Assembly (NCBI RefSeq): GCF_009914755.1
Contig: NC_060942.1
Direction: 5' to 3' (one strand)
DNA: 64,000 nt
Origin: the human T2T-CHM13v2.0 reference genome, Homo sapiens
How positions within the stretch are numbered: the first letter of the stretch is position 1; each line of letters starts with the position of its first letter. Position numbers and translations under genes: made by a program. The notes under the pieces were generated by a model. It did not search any database and was not told the DNA's origin. It saw only the letters and a program-made list of their open reading frames with translations. Shown one piece after another: positions 28,299-44,281 of the stretch.

Positions 28299-31200
28299 GC
28301 TATAAACTAAAATGAAACAATGCGTACAAAGTGCTTTGAACAATACTTGGCATATAATAAGAGCTCAATAATTCATTACTTTTATTAAGATGAATTTCTT
28401 ATAACGGCATTTTTAGAAAGCAGAAATCACTGCCTCATTATACCATTATTTCACTTGAATTAATTTTGAGTACCTAATTTATCACATATTATTCTGCTGG
28501 AAAATTTTATGGGGAAATTTGGGAGGGGATGTTTTAATCTAATAAAGAAAACCAAACATGCTTGATAAGAAAGAAGTTATTTTTGTAAACATGTAGGAAT
28601 ATGTATCAAAAATGCTTTCCAAAATATTTTACCCGTTCTTATGCCGATCACTTAAATTGTAGTCAACGGTCATTAATATTGTTAACTTTACTGTGCTATG
28701 GCTTGCAATTGCAATTAGTGTAAATCCTAGCAGAGAGAATCAAACAACAGATAGAGGAGTAAAGCAAATATTGTCTAAATGACAAGGAAATAACGAATAG
28801 AAAAAAAGTTACTCTTTTCTCTACCACCCTCCTTTTTAAAAGCTGAACCAAATGTATTTCCTCAAATCTTGCAGGACATCTGAAATCATCCTGATAATAG
28901 AGATACTATGATATTTTCAAAAGTAGGTAGAAATAAATGAGGCCATTCCTAAAAGGAAGCATGACAAAGTTATACCGGAAAAAAAATGAACTACTAAACC
29001 CAATATTAGTACATGATCTGGTCATTTCATATGCGGTGTAGCTCATGTGTGCCCTTGTGCCTTTCAGAAATAGACCAAGAAAGCTCCTTTTTTGGTAACC
29101 AGCCTCAGGAAAGTAGCTACCGCCATAATTCAGAAAAAAACGTCCCTCTGTAGGAGAAAGCTTCAAGCATGGGACAAAAGAAAAACTCTTCCCTTACCTT
29201 AAAATATAAAGCGTATTTTTAGGGTCAGTCTACCTATCCCGCCAAAAAACTGGTGCCAATTGGTAACTCGCTAAGATTGTTTGTAAGATAAGAGGCTAGG
29301 ACTGAATAAAATGTAAAATTCCAAAATACACAACACCGTGTTCTAATTTGCTTAGATAAGCGTATTAGCTCAAACTCATATAATGTTCTATTTTAATATG
29401 CGGATGTCTCAGTAGTTGCAGTTTTGTACTTAGTTCTCCAACAAGCTCCTCTCTCCACCTTTTCTGGTCACTATTCTCTGTTTCAGTTCTAAATATCTGA
29501 CATGCTCACAAAGGTATCTCATTGTTACGTCTCTTGAAACGTCTTTAAAAGCAAACAGAACATTCTTTTATTTTTCCAGCAAAATATATGACATTAACCA
29601 ACCACCAAATTACTAAGAACAGCAGCCACAGTCGTTTCTACTTCTCTTTCTCAACACACAGACTTCATCTCACCAAATTTTATTGATACCAAGTTTCTTC
29701 TTTCACTACATTGTCACAGACACTACTGTAAGATTGCTTCTAACACTTTCTTATTGCATCATTTTTAATTGTATTTTAATCGTCTTATTTTTCTGTTCCT
29801 TTGTTCTCTCTCTGCTCAATCATCCACATTCTGATACATCGCACTCTTCCAATGGAGGTCTCAAACATCACTATTCAATTTAAAACATTAATATACTTCC
29901 CACACTTTCTAAAATTGTCTGTGAATCACTGGCATGATTTCCAGAGTTGTTCGCAATCTGAATCAGACTTCAGTCTTACCTAACCTCCTCTCCTTTCAAA
30001 GTTACACACCTACTTTTCAAATGGTCTTGTCTACCAGATACGCATGAACAGATTTTTTCGTATCTGGCGTCTCACTCATTCTACATGCTTTATTTCATTT
30101 TATTCATTTATTCATTCGTTGACTCATTTAGATAGTCATTCAGGTAAATTTCATTAAGCATCAGTTGTGGCTAAACACTGATGAGGCACTGGAAATTTAA
30201 AGATGTAAACCGAGGTTGTTGGGTTTTGTTTGTTTTTTTGTTTTCAGGAAGCTTGGTGTCCATATAGAGAAAGAATGTTTGATTGCAGTGCACTTCACAA
30301 GGGTGTGATGGAGCTGTGGCTACGTGAGCACGTCACACACCTCATCCATCCTGAGGACACAGTGAGGGCTCTGTGGGAAGCAGCACTGAAGCGCAGGTCT
30401 TAACGTGACATCAAGTGTTACCCACTTCTCCTCCAGGTGCACCCCACATTACGCACATGCCATGGCGCTCACCAAACTGGGTATAAACACACTGTAAGCT
30501 CAAGAGCAGATGCTGCATCTCAACCATTCTAACATCTCAACATTTCGTATACAGTAATAATTTAATGACCAAGTATGGGTTAATAACCTGTTGTTGAATG
30601 AATCTGTGAAATGATGAAGCAGAGGTTTCAATGTGATCTCATGTGACCACCTGTGAAGTAATATAAGTAGCCTGACTGTATCATTAGGGAGAAAAATCCG
30701 TAATGCTATCTGTCAAGTGCTGATCCCATGAGAAATCTGGAGCTCTGAGAGATTAAGTCGATTGCTGCTTCTCAAAGTCATAGCCAGAAAGTGGCTGAGC
30801 CAGAATTCCACCTCAGACAACCTAGCACTGTAGTCCATGTTTAACTATGTTTCATGCAACTATTGTATATATAACATATACAGTATAGAAAAATAAATGA
30901 TATATGATAGTAATATTTAATATTATATGAAACTAAAAATCTAAGTTTATACAAATATGAAAAACTGAAGACCTACACAAATAGACCACAACAATGATTT
31001 GGCATCTGGTCAGTATGTCTCAAAACAACCGAGCATCATGTAACATATTTTAATGGCAAAACTCAAACAAAATTATTTTTAGTGGAATGTGTATAGTGAA
31101 GTATGGCCTCAAATGATTAGTAATATTTTTCCCTTCTGGGGAAGTATAGGTTACAGGAAAATAACTTCAAACCATTGAGAAACTTTTCTAGAACATGGTA

Positions 31201-31675
31201 TAAAAGAATATTTCATCCAAACCATACACTAAATGTGAGATATTGCAAACAACAGAGCAAATCACATGTTTATAATCATATTGTCTTAAATTAAGAGTTG
31301 GCCCTTATGGCGTATTACTTTGCAGTCTAGAAGAGAATATATACATTGTTGTTAGAATAGAAAGCTATTTCCAATTCAAGCTAGAGACTGAAAAGTCTAG
31401 CACATGAACATAAATGTCAGTGCCAGCAAGTTTAACAGGAAACTAAATACCCTGTCTATTCGTATAATCACTACATATCTCCTACGCTGAAGGCTCATAA
31501 ACAGTTCAGATAGAAACTGTATCTGGATTTTTTTCCAGAAAATGTGAGAGCAAACCAAAAAAATAAAGATTGGGGCTGACTGGGTCAAAAGATACAATGT
31601 TGATTCAGAGCCAAGAGGAGCAAGCAGGAGACCACGGAAGAGGCACAGCCTAGGAGTTGTCAATAAAAGAGATGC

Positions 31676-32053
<378 letters not shown>

Positions 32054-33229
32054 TCAAAGGTAAAACACTTATAAACAGAAAATAAGCATATTTGTATTTT
32101 TTTATAATCTTTTTTTATTTAAAATTGAGACGCAGATATTACTTAAGGATGATTATTAGGAGAAAGTCGTGTGCACGTGCAAAAAAGCTAGAAATAATTT
32201 TCCCACCAGTTAACCTATTATTTACAACAGCAGATCTCTGAAAGACCAGTTCATTTTATGCCCATGGAAATTCTCTCTGTTTTAGATCTTACTTATCATT
32301 GCCATGGCAACCCTCATCTGTGCCTTCCTATTTCATCGGGACAGCCACTGACCATTCCACAAATTCTACTTTGTTTGCGCGCCAAATTTGCCAAAGGAAG
32401 TACGCATTCCTTTCAGACTGCATGGGCAAGCAAAACGGAAGTTGGAGAATGTTTTAAGGTTGCACTGGTTTTTGTTATCACACCTGTAAAACTGCATTTC
32501 TCTCTGAATTACTTACAGAAAACTCTTGGGGCTTTGAAGTGCAAATTTCTGAAGAAAAGTTCCCAGGGAATAGAACAGTCTTCTGATTTGGGGTATGATG
32601 AATAGAAAACAGAAGAGAAGTGACATATTTATGACTAATATATCCTCCTGCTTTAAAAAGTCAGCTATAGTTCTTTCGTGGGCACATGCCCTGCTGATTG
32701 TGAACAGTCATACTTTAGTGTAATCACTCTGTGATTCTTGGGGTAGTATAGTGGAAGTGAGGTGTCTGAAGGTAGCTGGAAAGGGAAAATGCCATGAGGA
32801 CACATTGAAGCTGAATTTCAAGCAAGTCAGCAGAGCTGTGGAATGGTGGGAAGCGAGCCAGCTGAGCAAGTGAGAACAGACAGCATAGCTCTTTTGAAGC
32901 AAAGGCATCAGGCAAATATGCCATGAAGAGGCAGAGCCTTAAAGAGTGCCAGGTTCTACAAATAGCTATTATTGCCACAAACAAAAACACCACTGTCCCA
33001 TGCACATCTTTGGGAAGGATTGCAAGTTATTCTGTTGGGGTTTTAGCCATATTTATGCATAAAAATGGCATTCATATAAAATCAGATGATATAAAAAGAT
33101 ATACACATACAGTTATCTAGATATAGATTTTTAATCTAAGTGTAGGAAAGTCCAGAACGGAGAACTGTGTATCCTGCATTTGGTGCATTTGGAACGAAGG
33201 TATTTTCAAAGTTTGGACTGGTAGACCCA

Positions 33230-35625
33230 AATTATTATGTTCTCCATCCATCCACCAGTAAAACCTTACATTGTTTATTTACATTCTGTATCACTCCTCA
33301 AAGTGATATGAAGGCTGAAATGTATCTCACTGAGGTAAAATCGCAGTTTTAGCAGAGCTGTGTTCCTTACTACAGGCCCTAGGGGAGAATGTTTCCATTG
33401 CCTTTTTCAGGATCAAGAGACTTCCCACATTCCAGGGCTAATGGGCCTTTCCATATTCAAAGCCAACAGAGATAATTTGAGTCTTTTTCACATTGTGCCT
33501 TCTGGCACTGACACTTCTACTTCCCTGTTCCATATTGAAGGCTGCCTATATTACACTAAGCCCTCCCAGAAAAGCCAGGATAATGTCCCTATCATCAAGT
33601 CAACTTGATGGCGACATTAATTTCCTTTTGCCATGTAACATAACATATTCACAGGCTCCAGACTCAAAATGCAGACACCATTATGTGTCATTTTTCTTCC
33701 TACCAATCCTAAATCTGGCCACCAAGATTCATATCAACCCCACAGATGAAATAAATTCACCCATCCCATGTTGCCCAAAAGTCTCAACAGCATCAACTCA
33801 AAGTCCAAATTTCATCAGCTCAAAAGTCCCACATCACACCATCTACATCATTAAAATCAGGTATGAGTGAGGGTCTGGGCATGATCCACTCTGAGACACA
33901 ATTTCTCTCCATCGTTGAGCCATAAAATTCAAGAAATATGTTACCGGCTCCAAAAACACAATGGTAGGGCAGGCAAACAATAACATCTATGGATATTCCT
34001 GCTCAAAATAAGAAAAAGTAGAAGAATTTAAAAAAGAAAGAAAGAAATTCACCAGTTCCAAGCAGTTGTGAAATACAGTTGACAAATTCCAGTTGGTTTC
34101 AAGGGCTGAGACTGTACTCTGTCATTTGAGCTCTACCTTCTGGACTTAACTCCCCACCCTGTGGACTTGAGGTTTCTGCCTCCTGAGTCAGCCTACTGAC
34201 ACAGTAGCACACCTGCAGCTGAATAGTTACATAAGAATGTTTCTTGCTTGTAGGCATTTGAAAGTTCTGACGCCCTTTTTCCATTTCAATCTTTATATCT
34301 GTCTCCTTTAGTTCAAGATGGCAACCTTTATGCTGATGGAACATTCTCAAGAACCATGTGTGTCTCCTGTGTATGTCCTCAGATTCACTCCATTAGCCAA
34401 AGATTTTCTTCATAGAATTTTTTTTCTAGATAATCTCATCCTATTTTTGGATTCTGCTGAGATGACTGACTGAAGAGCTTTATGAGTCACACTCCTAATC
34501 ATTTCAAAGAGCCTTTTGTGAGACTGAATTCTCTGATCTTTTGATCTTTCTAGGGGATCAGCAAAAAGTTGTCCAGCTCAGTTTATTCTCTAAGGCATGC
34601 TTTTCCAATCTCATCCAAGGGGCTTACATTTTAATTGACAATAAATTCCTTAAAGTTAAATATCCAAGTTAATTGCATAATGTTCTGCTTTTTTATTTAT
34701 CCATATAACTCCAGGATATAATTCTACTAAGCTTTGTGATTCAACATAACAGATATACCCTTTCCGTCGGTTTCCAAACACATATTCCATTTTCTGTTGA
34801 GCTGTCGTCATCAGCACCTATAAACTTCATACTTCCACAAATAGTCTGTTGATGAAGATTTAGGTATTCTTTAAGACATGCATGTTTTCTCTACCATGCT
34901 TCTCACTTCCTTCTGTGTCCTTGTGCCAGAGTCAGTAAGATTCATATTTCTACTAACAGTAAGTTTAAGGCAATATAGACGTTTTTCTAACATGCTTCTC
35001 AAAATTCTTCCAGCTTTTGCCAACTGCCTAATTCCAAAACTATTTCCAAATTTTAAGGTTTTTATTTATTTATTTTACTGTAGCACTTCACTTTTAGGAA
35101 ATAAAATCAAGTATTTGTTTCTTATTTGTTGCTTTAACAATTACCACAACTTAGAACCTTAATAAACAACAGGAATTTATCTCTGGTTCTGATGTCAGAA
35201 ATCTGAATGGGTCTCACTGGCCTAAAAATCAAGGCATTTGCAGGGCTGTGTTCCTTTCCTTGGAGGCTGCAGGAGACAAGTCATACCTGGTCTTTTCCGT
35301 TCTAGAAGCTGTCCACATTCTTTGGCTTGCTGCCACTTCATCCATCTTCAAAGCCCACAATAGCAGCTGGAGTCTTTCTTACATCCCATCACCCGATCCT
35401 GACCCTACTGCCTCCTTCGTTACATACTGAGAAAGCCTTGTAATTACACTGGGTCCTCCCAGATAATCCAAGATAATCTCCCTTTATTAAAGTCAGCTTA
35501 TTAGCATTATTAATACAACTTTCCACCTTCACATCTCTTTGCCATAGAACTTGACATATTCATAGATTGCAGAAATTAGGACATAGACATCTTGTGGGGA
35601 GGGTATATTATCTGGCTACTATACA
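33230..35625 (-). mobile_element. MLT1 (C/D-like) MaLR element: two LTRs plus internal sequence
   Basis: Two related LTR copies (~33230-33705 and ~35110-35625; tctcactg..aaaatc.ag...gcag.gctgtgttcctt, gataat.tccct, aacatattca.ag) flanking ~1.4 kb of internal sequence. Confidence 0.75.
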
Positions 35626-36474
35626 TGGCTTCTAGTTTTTAACAGACTATGAACTCACTGTATGAAAGCTAGGGTCTTGCAGATACTATATTTCTACAGT
35701 GTTAGCATAGTGGATCAATAAACAGTTGTTAAATAAGTGTAGGTGGCTAATATCACCTAGTAGAAATCAAGGTCTTCTGTGCATTCACTTTAAGAATATT
35801 AACATGAGTTATACTCAAGTAGTTGTAATGGCATGCAAATTATAAAATATAATAGGAAAAATGTTTTGGTCTAGACAAAGAACACTATGGGTTGTTTATA
35901 ATTCCTTGATTTAGTTTTCAAATAATTAAATAAAAATAAGCCTCAAATTGTCTGCAAATTGTTATGAAAGGAAATGTTTAGGAGAATAAATAGACTCGTC
36001 AATATTTTCTTAGGAAAAATATACAGGGCTTTAGTAATTTGAAAAGCATGTTTCTTGAATACAATAATGAGTTAAATGTTAGTCAGAGATTTCAGAAGAT
36101 TTTACCAAGAAGCCCAGTAACTAAAGACATTGAGATGCATGAAAGTTCAAAATGGAGATTGAGTGTAAGAATTATTTATTTGTTTTGTTTTTGTCATGTT
36201 TCTTGAGTTTTTCTCTTGTCAAGTGATACAATTTATCTTTAGGGAAATTTAGTGAGGGGTGTGGGTGCTGGTCATTTGATGATGGGATTCGACATAGAGG
36301 TAATCTTAGGACTGACCCAAGCAAGGCCTCTACCATTCCATAAAACAACATTTTGTAGATTAGCCAACAGTCCCACTTCTGGATGGAGCCCTGCTCTGGG
36401 GAATCTGAATGTGCATGGAACGAGCTCATTTCTGTGCTGCAACTGAGTGTCTTTCCTGTGTACTGCTGGGATCA

Positions 36475-36926
<452 letters not shown>

Positions 36927-37576
36927 CTAAAGTTTTCCCCTTGAGTATTTAACATGTGAGCCACAAGTTTCAACTAATGAGAGCACGGTACACACAGAAG
37001 ACTATGTCAGTAATAATAGGTATTTGAGAAGAACAGGAAATGAATCATGCACTTTAGGCTCAGATGGGTTGAGAAGGCACAATTTTACAATTGAGGTAGA
37101 AGGAGAGACGAAAAACCATCCTTTCTTTGGACATTGCGAGTGGAAAAACATTTCAAACAACATGGAGAAGATGAATTTTAAAATCATGTATCAATTAATG
37201 GTGAAACGCGGGTGATATATATAGTATTATCCCTTAATTAAATTTCTTAATATAACCGTACTAAAATTACTTGCAATATGTGATGTAATTAAAGTTATAA
37301 TCTCAACACTTTGTAGAAGGTGTATCAGCACCGTGCTTATATAACTGATACACAAGTAGTAATTTAATATTTACAGAGTACCTGAACCCAGGCCACACAT
37401 TTTCTCTAGCACTCTGCTCTCTTGATTTTTAAGTAGAAACGTTGAAGGAAATAAATTCCAAGGTCTTTTCTAATCTAAGGAAAACATATATCAATAATGG
37501 AAATATATCTAGGACCCCATGTGTTCCAATCTCAGATGTACTCTATTTAAAACATAGTCCGGCGATTAGCCGATAA

Positions 37577-37968
<392 letters not shown>

Positions 37969-38248
37969 GGAAGACACTCTTTCTTTATGGGAAACTTCTT
38001 AAAAATCTTCCTTTTCCTTTGCCACTGCTTTCAATATTCTCTGCACAGATGGGAGCTAATCCTGGAAATTTTCTCTCCCACTCTCAGCTTTTCTCCTGAA
38101 CACCCACCTAGACCAAACAAGATTTCTGTCTCTCTTCATTCCTCATCCCTCCTCCTGAGCCCACTATTATACAGATAAGGTAAGCCAAGTCATGGACTGG
38201 CCAGAAAAGTGAGAGATGGAAGAAATCACCTTCACATGAATATCTTGA

Positions 38249-38589
<341 letters not shown>

Positions 38590-38764
38590 ACACATTGGTA
38601 ATTTTCTCAGTGCTGTGATTCTCTGTGATTTTCAAGTTTTTAAATTCATTTCTTGAAAAATATGCCTCAAGAATAAATGTGATTATGCTCCTTACCTTTT
38701 CCATTTAAGAGCCTCTGCTAGGGCTGAAATGAGAATATTTTGAGTCAGTAGTATAAACAGAACA

Positions 38765-38850
38765 TTCAGGTTGGTGCAAAAGTAACTGCAGTTTTGCCAT
38801 TAAAGGTAAAGGTGATGGCAAATCCGCAAGTACTTTTGCACCAAGTCATA
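38765..38850. mobile_element. MADE1 (Hsmar1-derived MITE)
   Basis: Inverted termini ttggtgcaaaagta ... tacttttgcaccaa; ~85 bp. Confidence 0.92.
38776..38837 (-). ncRNA. MIR548AV: mir-548 family hairpin (MIR548AV)
   Basis: Minus strand AAAAGTACTTGCGGATTTGCCATCACCTTTACCTTTAATGGCAAAACTGCAGTTACTTTTGC with self-complementary arms; matches mir-548av as recalled; intronic and sense to NETO1. Confidence 0.8.
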
Positions 38851-38932
38851 GTTAAAAAGACAACACATACTGACCTAAATTTTTTCAATCTTTTATTTTT
38901 ATGTGGAAAAAAAAAATCGAAGTCCTTCTTTT

Positions 38933-39229
38933 AGCTGGATGTGGTGGCTCACGCCTGTGATCCTAGCATTTGGGGGGCTGAGGTGGGCGGATCACTTGAG
39001 GCCAGGAGTTCAAGACTGGTCTGGCCAACATGGTGAAATCCCATCTCTACCAAAAATATAAAAATCAGCCATGCGTGGAGTTGCATGCCTGGAATCCCAG
39101 CTACTCGGGAGACTGAGGCACGAGAATCACTGAAACCCGGAGGCAGAGGTTGCAGTGAGCCAAGATCGCACCACTGCACGCCAGCCTGAGCAACAGAGTG
39201 AGATGTCAAAAAAAAAAAAAAAGAAAAAA
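38933..39229 (+). mobile_element. Alu (older AluS/J)
   Basis: Full dimer, A tail, AAGTC(C)TTCTTTT flanks. Confidence 0.94.
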
Positions 39230-42200
39230 GTCTTCTTTTAATCTCAGCCTTTAAAACTTTCTAATTTTTCATATTTTTGTGCAAAATTTAAATGAAACTT
39301 TAGTTGTTGAATAAATAATACGAAGATTTTTTTCTTTCTTACCAGAGCACCTATCAGAACTCTGATTATCTAGCTAAGAAAATTTAGAAACTTTCGAAAT
39401 GGTTAATACATATATATTCACGTTTCTGATCCAAAGAGGAAAAATATTGCACCGAATATTTGAAATAACATTGAATCCATGACAATATTTTATTTTAATA
39501 ATATATTTCATTTAATATGCATAGAAATCCGTTTAAAACACTCCATTTAAATCACTGCAGTGCAGTGTATTTCTCCCTTTGCCTTTGAAGTCCATCAAGC
39601 ATGCAGCTTGAGAGGTGGCTAGGAGTTGGGCAAAAAGTCCCTAAAACACTTTGAGCTCCCCAGATGAAAGGTGCTATTTAAGTACAAAATATCGTAATAA
39701 TTTCAATATATTTAACAACTCCACTCACTTCAATGTCAATGCCTAACTCAGTCCTCACCTATTTGGTACTTTGAGGTCTATTCCTTAATTTCAATTTCTC
39801 CAGTGGGATGTGTGTAACTTTGTTCCTTAAAACTAGTACAGGAAAACTATCATCGAAAAGGAAAAGTCCATAAACATCCCATTCTATGTCTGTAAATGAC
39901 AGAAAATCTCCCCACAAGGAAGTAAATTATAAGACCAACAAAAGATACCTGTCATTAAAGAGACTGGAAGGGCCACCTTCTCCAGGAGCAGAGCATCTGA
40001 ATGATCTGGGTCATGCCAGTGGAATGAGGAGTACAGTAGATACTGTTACATTTTCTTCCTTACATTTTCAAGTGCAAAGAAAATTTAGGCAAGGCAGTTG
40101 GCTGCAGGGAAGTGTTATATTCTGCTCAAAAGGCATTCTTAGTTTGAGTAAAAAAGTCTGTGAAATATGGAAAGTGGTATTCCCTCTTCTAAAAATTCAT
40201 TAAATATTATCAAGTATAGTCTTTTCTATTTTTTTGTTTTTTGATGTTAAATAATTTATACAAGTAATACCAAAATATCTTATTCTTTCAAAAATTAAAG
40301 CATTATCAATAAAGTTGAGTCAATTTTTACTCCATCTTGGCCTCTAAAATCCTCCTTATTCCCCTCTTCCTGCTATCCCTTATCTGAGGTAACCGTTATT
40401 GTTTTAAATTGCTTTTATCACAACATATTTTCTAGTCATTTGATTTTATATACCAAACTTGATTTAAAACTTGTTTAAAGACTCTTTTTAAATGAGAAAA
40501 CAATGTAATTCTAATACAATAAACACTTTTGATATGTCTTCTATTTTTTATTAAATTGTTTGAGTTATCAAATATTCCATGGCGTAACTTTTAACATTCT
40601 TGGTGATTCTGCACTTATTTCTTTTTCTGAACTGGGATAGCATATTGCAGAGGAGAGGTTCAGTACACAGAAAGAAGAGAACTCTTCAGGGCATCATCCA
40701 CAGGGTGCTCACAAGGCTCTGCGCCCCCTGGCCCTTCTACAAGCCTCACTCTTATCCTTTGAAGACCCAGGATTTGAACCAGCTGATTTCTCCTTGATTA
40801 CTGCTCAATCTCACAATCCTTCTTATGCATGCTAGACTATAATCCTAGGTGATTCACCGCTGCACTGTGGACCTGGGTAATGACACAGTCTGTAAAAATA
40901 ACCGTCAGCAAACCAGAAAGTGAGGATTCATCAAAATGTGCCAGGAGAAAAAGAAGGGCCTCCTTTAAGCCCATTTCTATTCTCTCTCGCTCTGCCTCCG
41001 TATCCTCCACATCCGTGCGGGACCTCCAGTTGGGCTGTTCCCACGTACAAATGGGAATTCAGAAGCACAGCTACTATGAACAGCAAGAGCTTGGGACTGA
41101 AAGGCTATTATTTTAAGTTCAGTAGGAAAGAAAGTCATAGACTCAGATACAAAGAAATAGAAAAAAAATTCTGGCGATAAAAGCCTACACAAATTAGTTT
41201 GCCAGTCAGGCAAGATGGAACCAGGAGACTGGACACTGGGACCCATGGCTGTGTGGGGGCTAAACCACCATTGGAAGAAACAACCTGTGTTAGGAAGATG
41301 AATTATCAAACCTTTGGTTCAATATTTATGAAATATGCATGCTATACATCTCAACTTCAATACCTGGATTCCATACTACTCTGAAGTGTTTTGATTATAA
41401 TCTGTCCACCCAGGTATGTTTGCTTGCAGGAAGAAATGGACTTTGTAATACTCAGAATTCTTAATGAAAATGTATATGTGTATTTAGTATGTATACATAT
41501 GTATAAATATTGTGTATATATGTATATTCATTCCTGTTAGCTTGGCAAATGTGATTCATTTCTAAGAGATGGGTACACTCTCAATGTGTTTACATAAAGT
41601 TTCTGAGACTGCGAGATTACATCTAGATTCCAGATTGTGATAAATTCATTAAAATAATAGGGACCACCAGGCCTTTCTGCTGCTATTACTGCCTTGACAT
41701 TTTCTATGACTGACATTAGAAATAACTACAACTCCTACTCGGAAGTCTGGGCTCATCTAAAGTAACTAAATTTCATAGACTAAAAAAAGTGACGTAGTAC
41801 AGGTAGGAATTTTGTGCACCCACCTAAAAATTTCAGGAACTGTTTTTAAGTCTGAGACACTTGTTTTCCCAATAACCTGTACCAAGCATGCTTTGTTTTT
41901 AAAAAGCACATGATAAAACTAATAAAAACAACAGCTATCGATAGTTGAGTTCTTACAGGCACTCAAGAAATTCATAAATATGCATTTGTTAATTGTCTCA
42001 AACTATTCTGTGAGTTGCTCAATATTATTTTTATTTTATAATTAAAAATATTGAGAGATAGAATATAAAGGACCGTGTTCAAAATTTACGTGATGCAAAG
42101 AAAAGAAAAGCCAGAACTGGAAGTCAGATCTAGTTTCAAATTCAGTGCTCCTCGCAGCTGTCCTGGAGACCATCATCTCTCTAAGATGAACTGGTAGGCG

Positions 42201-44281
42201 GAATTTCATCTCCAATGTGAGTTCACTGCAGAGCCCTGGCAATTCTCGTAACGCTTCATAACATAAATCATTAAGCTGACTTGAGAAATTCTTCCTCCTT
42301 CAATTTCCCCAGGTCACCAGTTGAATGACACTACTAAATAAAAATTAAGCCAAAATGACAACTATAGCCTGCCTGGCTTCAGATTCCCTAAATGCTATCT
42401 AAATTATTACTAATCCCTTCCCACTTCCTATTTCAATAAGTAATTGGCTTCCTTAATACTGCCTCTTTCTAGAAGAGGTGTAGATGGTTACGTCACTCAG
42501 GCAATGGCCTTGGGCCACACAATGTCAACTTTTGCTGTCATGTAAGTTTTCCAAGTCTCCTTTTTATGGTCCTAGCTTTCCCTCATATGCCAAATGTAGG
42601 TTTCCCCAGAAGTTTTGCTCTAGTTGATCTGAGTAAAAACAGAAGCCTCAGCCCATCCTTAACCTGTCCTACTTCATGGAAAAATCTCCAAGAGTTCCGT
42701 TCTGATTCAGTTGTTCGCAGCAGTGAAATCTCATTCTATAAATGCAGTATGGTGGCTCTAAAGAAACAAAAAGCAAAGAACAAAACCCAGGGAACAAAAA
42801 GGTTTTTTAAAACCTAGAAGAACAGATTGGGTGCCACCATTTACGTCATCTCAAATAGAGCCAGAAACATGGATAGCATTGCTTATGTTGACAAAGCATG
42901 ACAGCTGACACTACATTCTTTGTGAAACCACAATTTTAAATCCAAGACATTATTTTCATGATCACCAAAACCAGAATGAAAATATAACTTAAGAAACCTA
43001 GAACATGCCGTATGTCACTGTCTCTAGGTACAGGTTATATTCAAAATTATCAGTTAAGAAAAAAATACCTACCTTCCCATTTACAACTCTAGCACTAATA
43101 ATCTGAACAAACAAATTAAGCTAACATTTGTACCTTTTGGGAATACTTCAAATTAGTTCGACTGTAGCACATGAAATACCCATGATTTCTGTGAGTAATC
43201 CATTATCAGCAAAGCATAATTAAAACCACAATCCTTTAGTGATATTATTAAAAACATTCCTAATGCTTAAAGCTAATATATATGCTACAGTAAATACTTG
43301 ATTTAACATACCCCATGATGTCATAATGAAAGTCATCATTAAACTTATATTAATAATTTTTAAAATTTTAGTTTTTTAACTGAGTATCAAAGCTGTATTT
43401 AGATGTTACTTCTTTAACATGGAATACAAACTTCAACCAACTTTACATATATTTGAAATTATGCTATTGCCTAACTTAAATAAAACAATACATACAAACT
43501 GAAAACAAACTATATAAAAAATGGGCTTTATGTAATTTGAATCATTTTTCCATTTAAATTAATGCATGTAGTGTTCTTGCAGTGAAAAAATGTGATAACC
43601 TATTTTTATTGTAATGAATGGTAACTCTTAATCAAGTGGGCCAGGCAACAACACAGGATCTTTTTAATTCTAGCGAGTTAAAAGGAAAATTGATACAGAT
43701 TGCATAATTTGATAATTGCACACAATTTCTGCAAGACCTTGTAAATGAGTATTTGGCTGTTACAGGTCTCAGTTTTCCTTTCATCAAAACTCTTAAGAAT
43801 TTGCTTTCCTGAAAAGAGAGCAGACTACTTCCTAAAGTAGGATCTATTTGATTGAAACACGGTAATTTTCAGAACAAATAAACTTTTGATTCAAGTTCCC
43901 CAAAGATCATTTTGGTGGATATATTTTATAATACTACAATTGTCTTTTCAAGTTTATTCAGCTCCTATGTATAGTTTCCTTATCACAGACTGTCTCTCCA
44001 ATTACACATTCCATCATAACAAAAGTCCACTTGATGATGTGGCTGATGCCCATTTAGAGCCTTGAGTCACTACTCTTTACCTCTAGTATAGGCTGTTTTA
44101 AGGAAAACATCTTTTCCTTTCAGAATTTGTGTAGGGAAAAGAAAAAGCACTGTAGATTTGGTTTTAAATAGAACTGGAACATTCTCTGAGAAAGTATAAT
44201 GTTGTCTTACACAAGATTTTGTACTATGAAGATAGAAAAATGAGGAAGAAAAAGAAATTTTTTTTTTAAGTACTTACTTAC

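Noticed and set aside
30034-30067. 9-bp inverted repeat CCAGATACG...CGTATCTGG
   Set aside because: Short stem with long loop; compatible with chance
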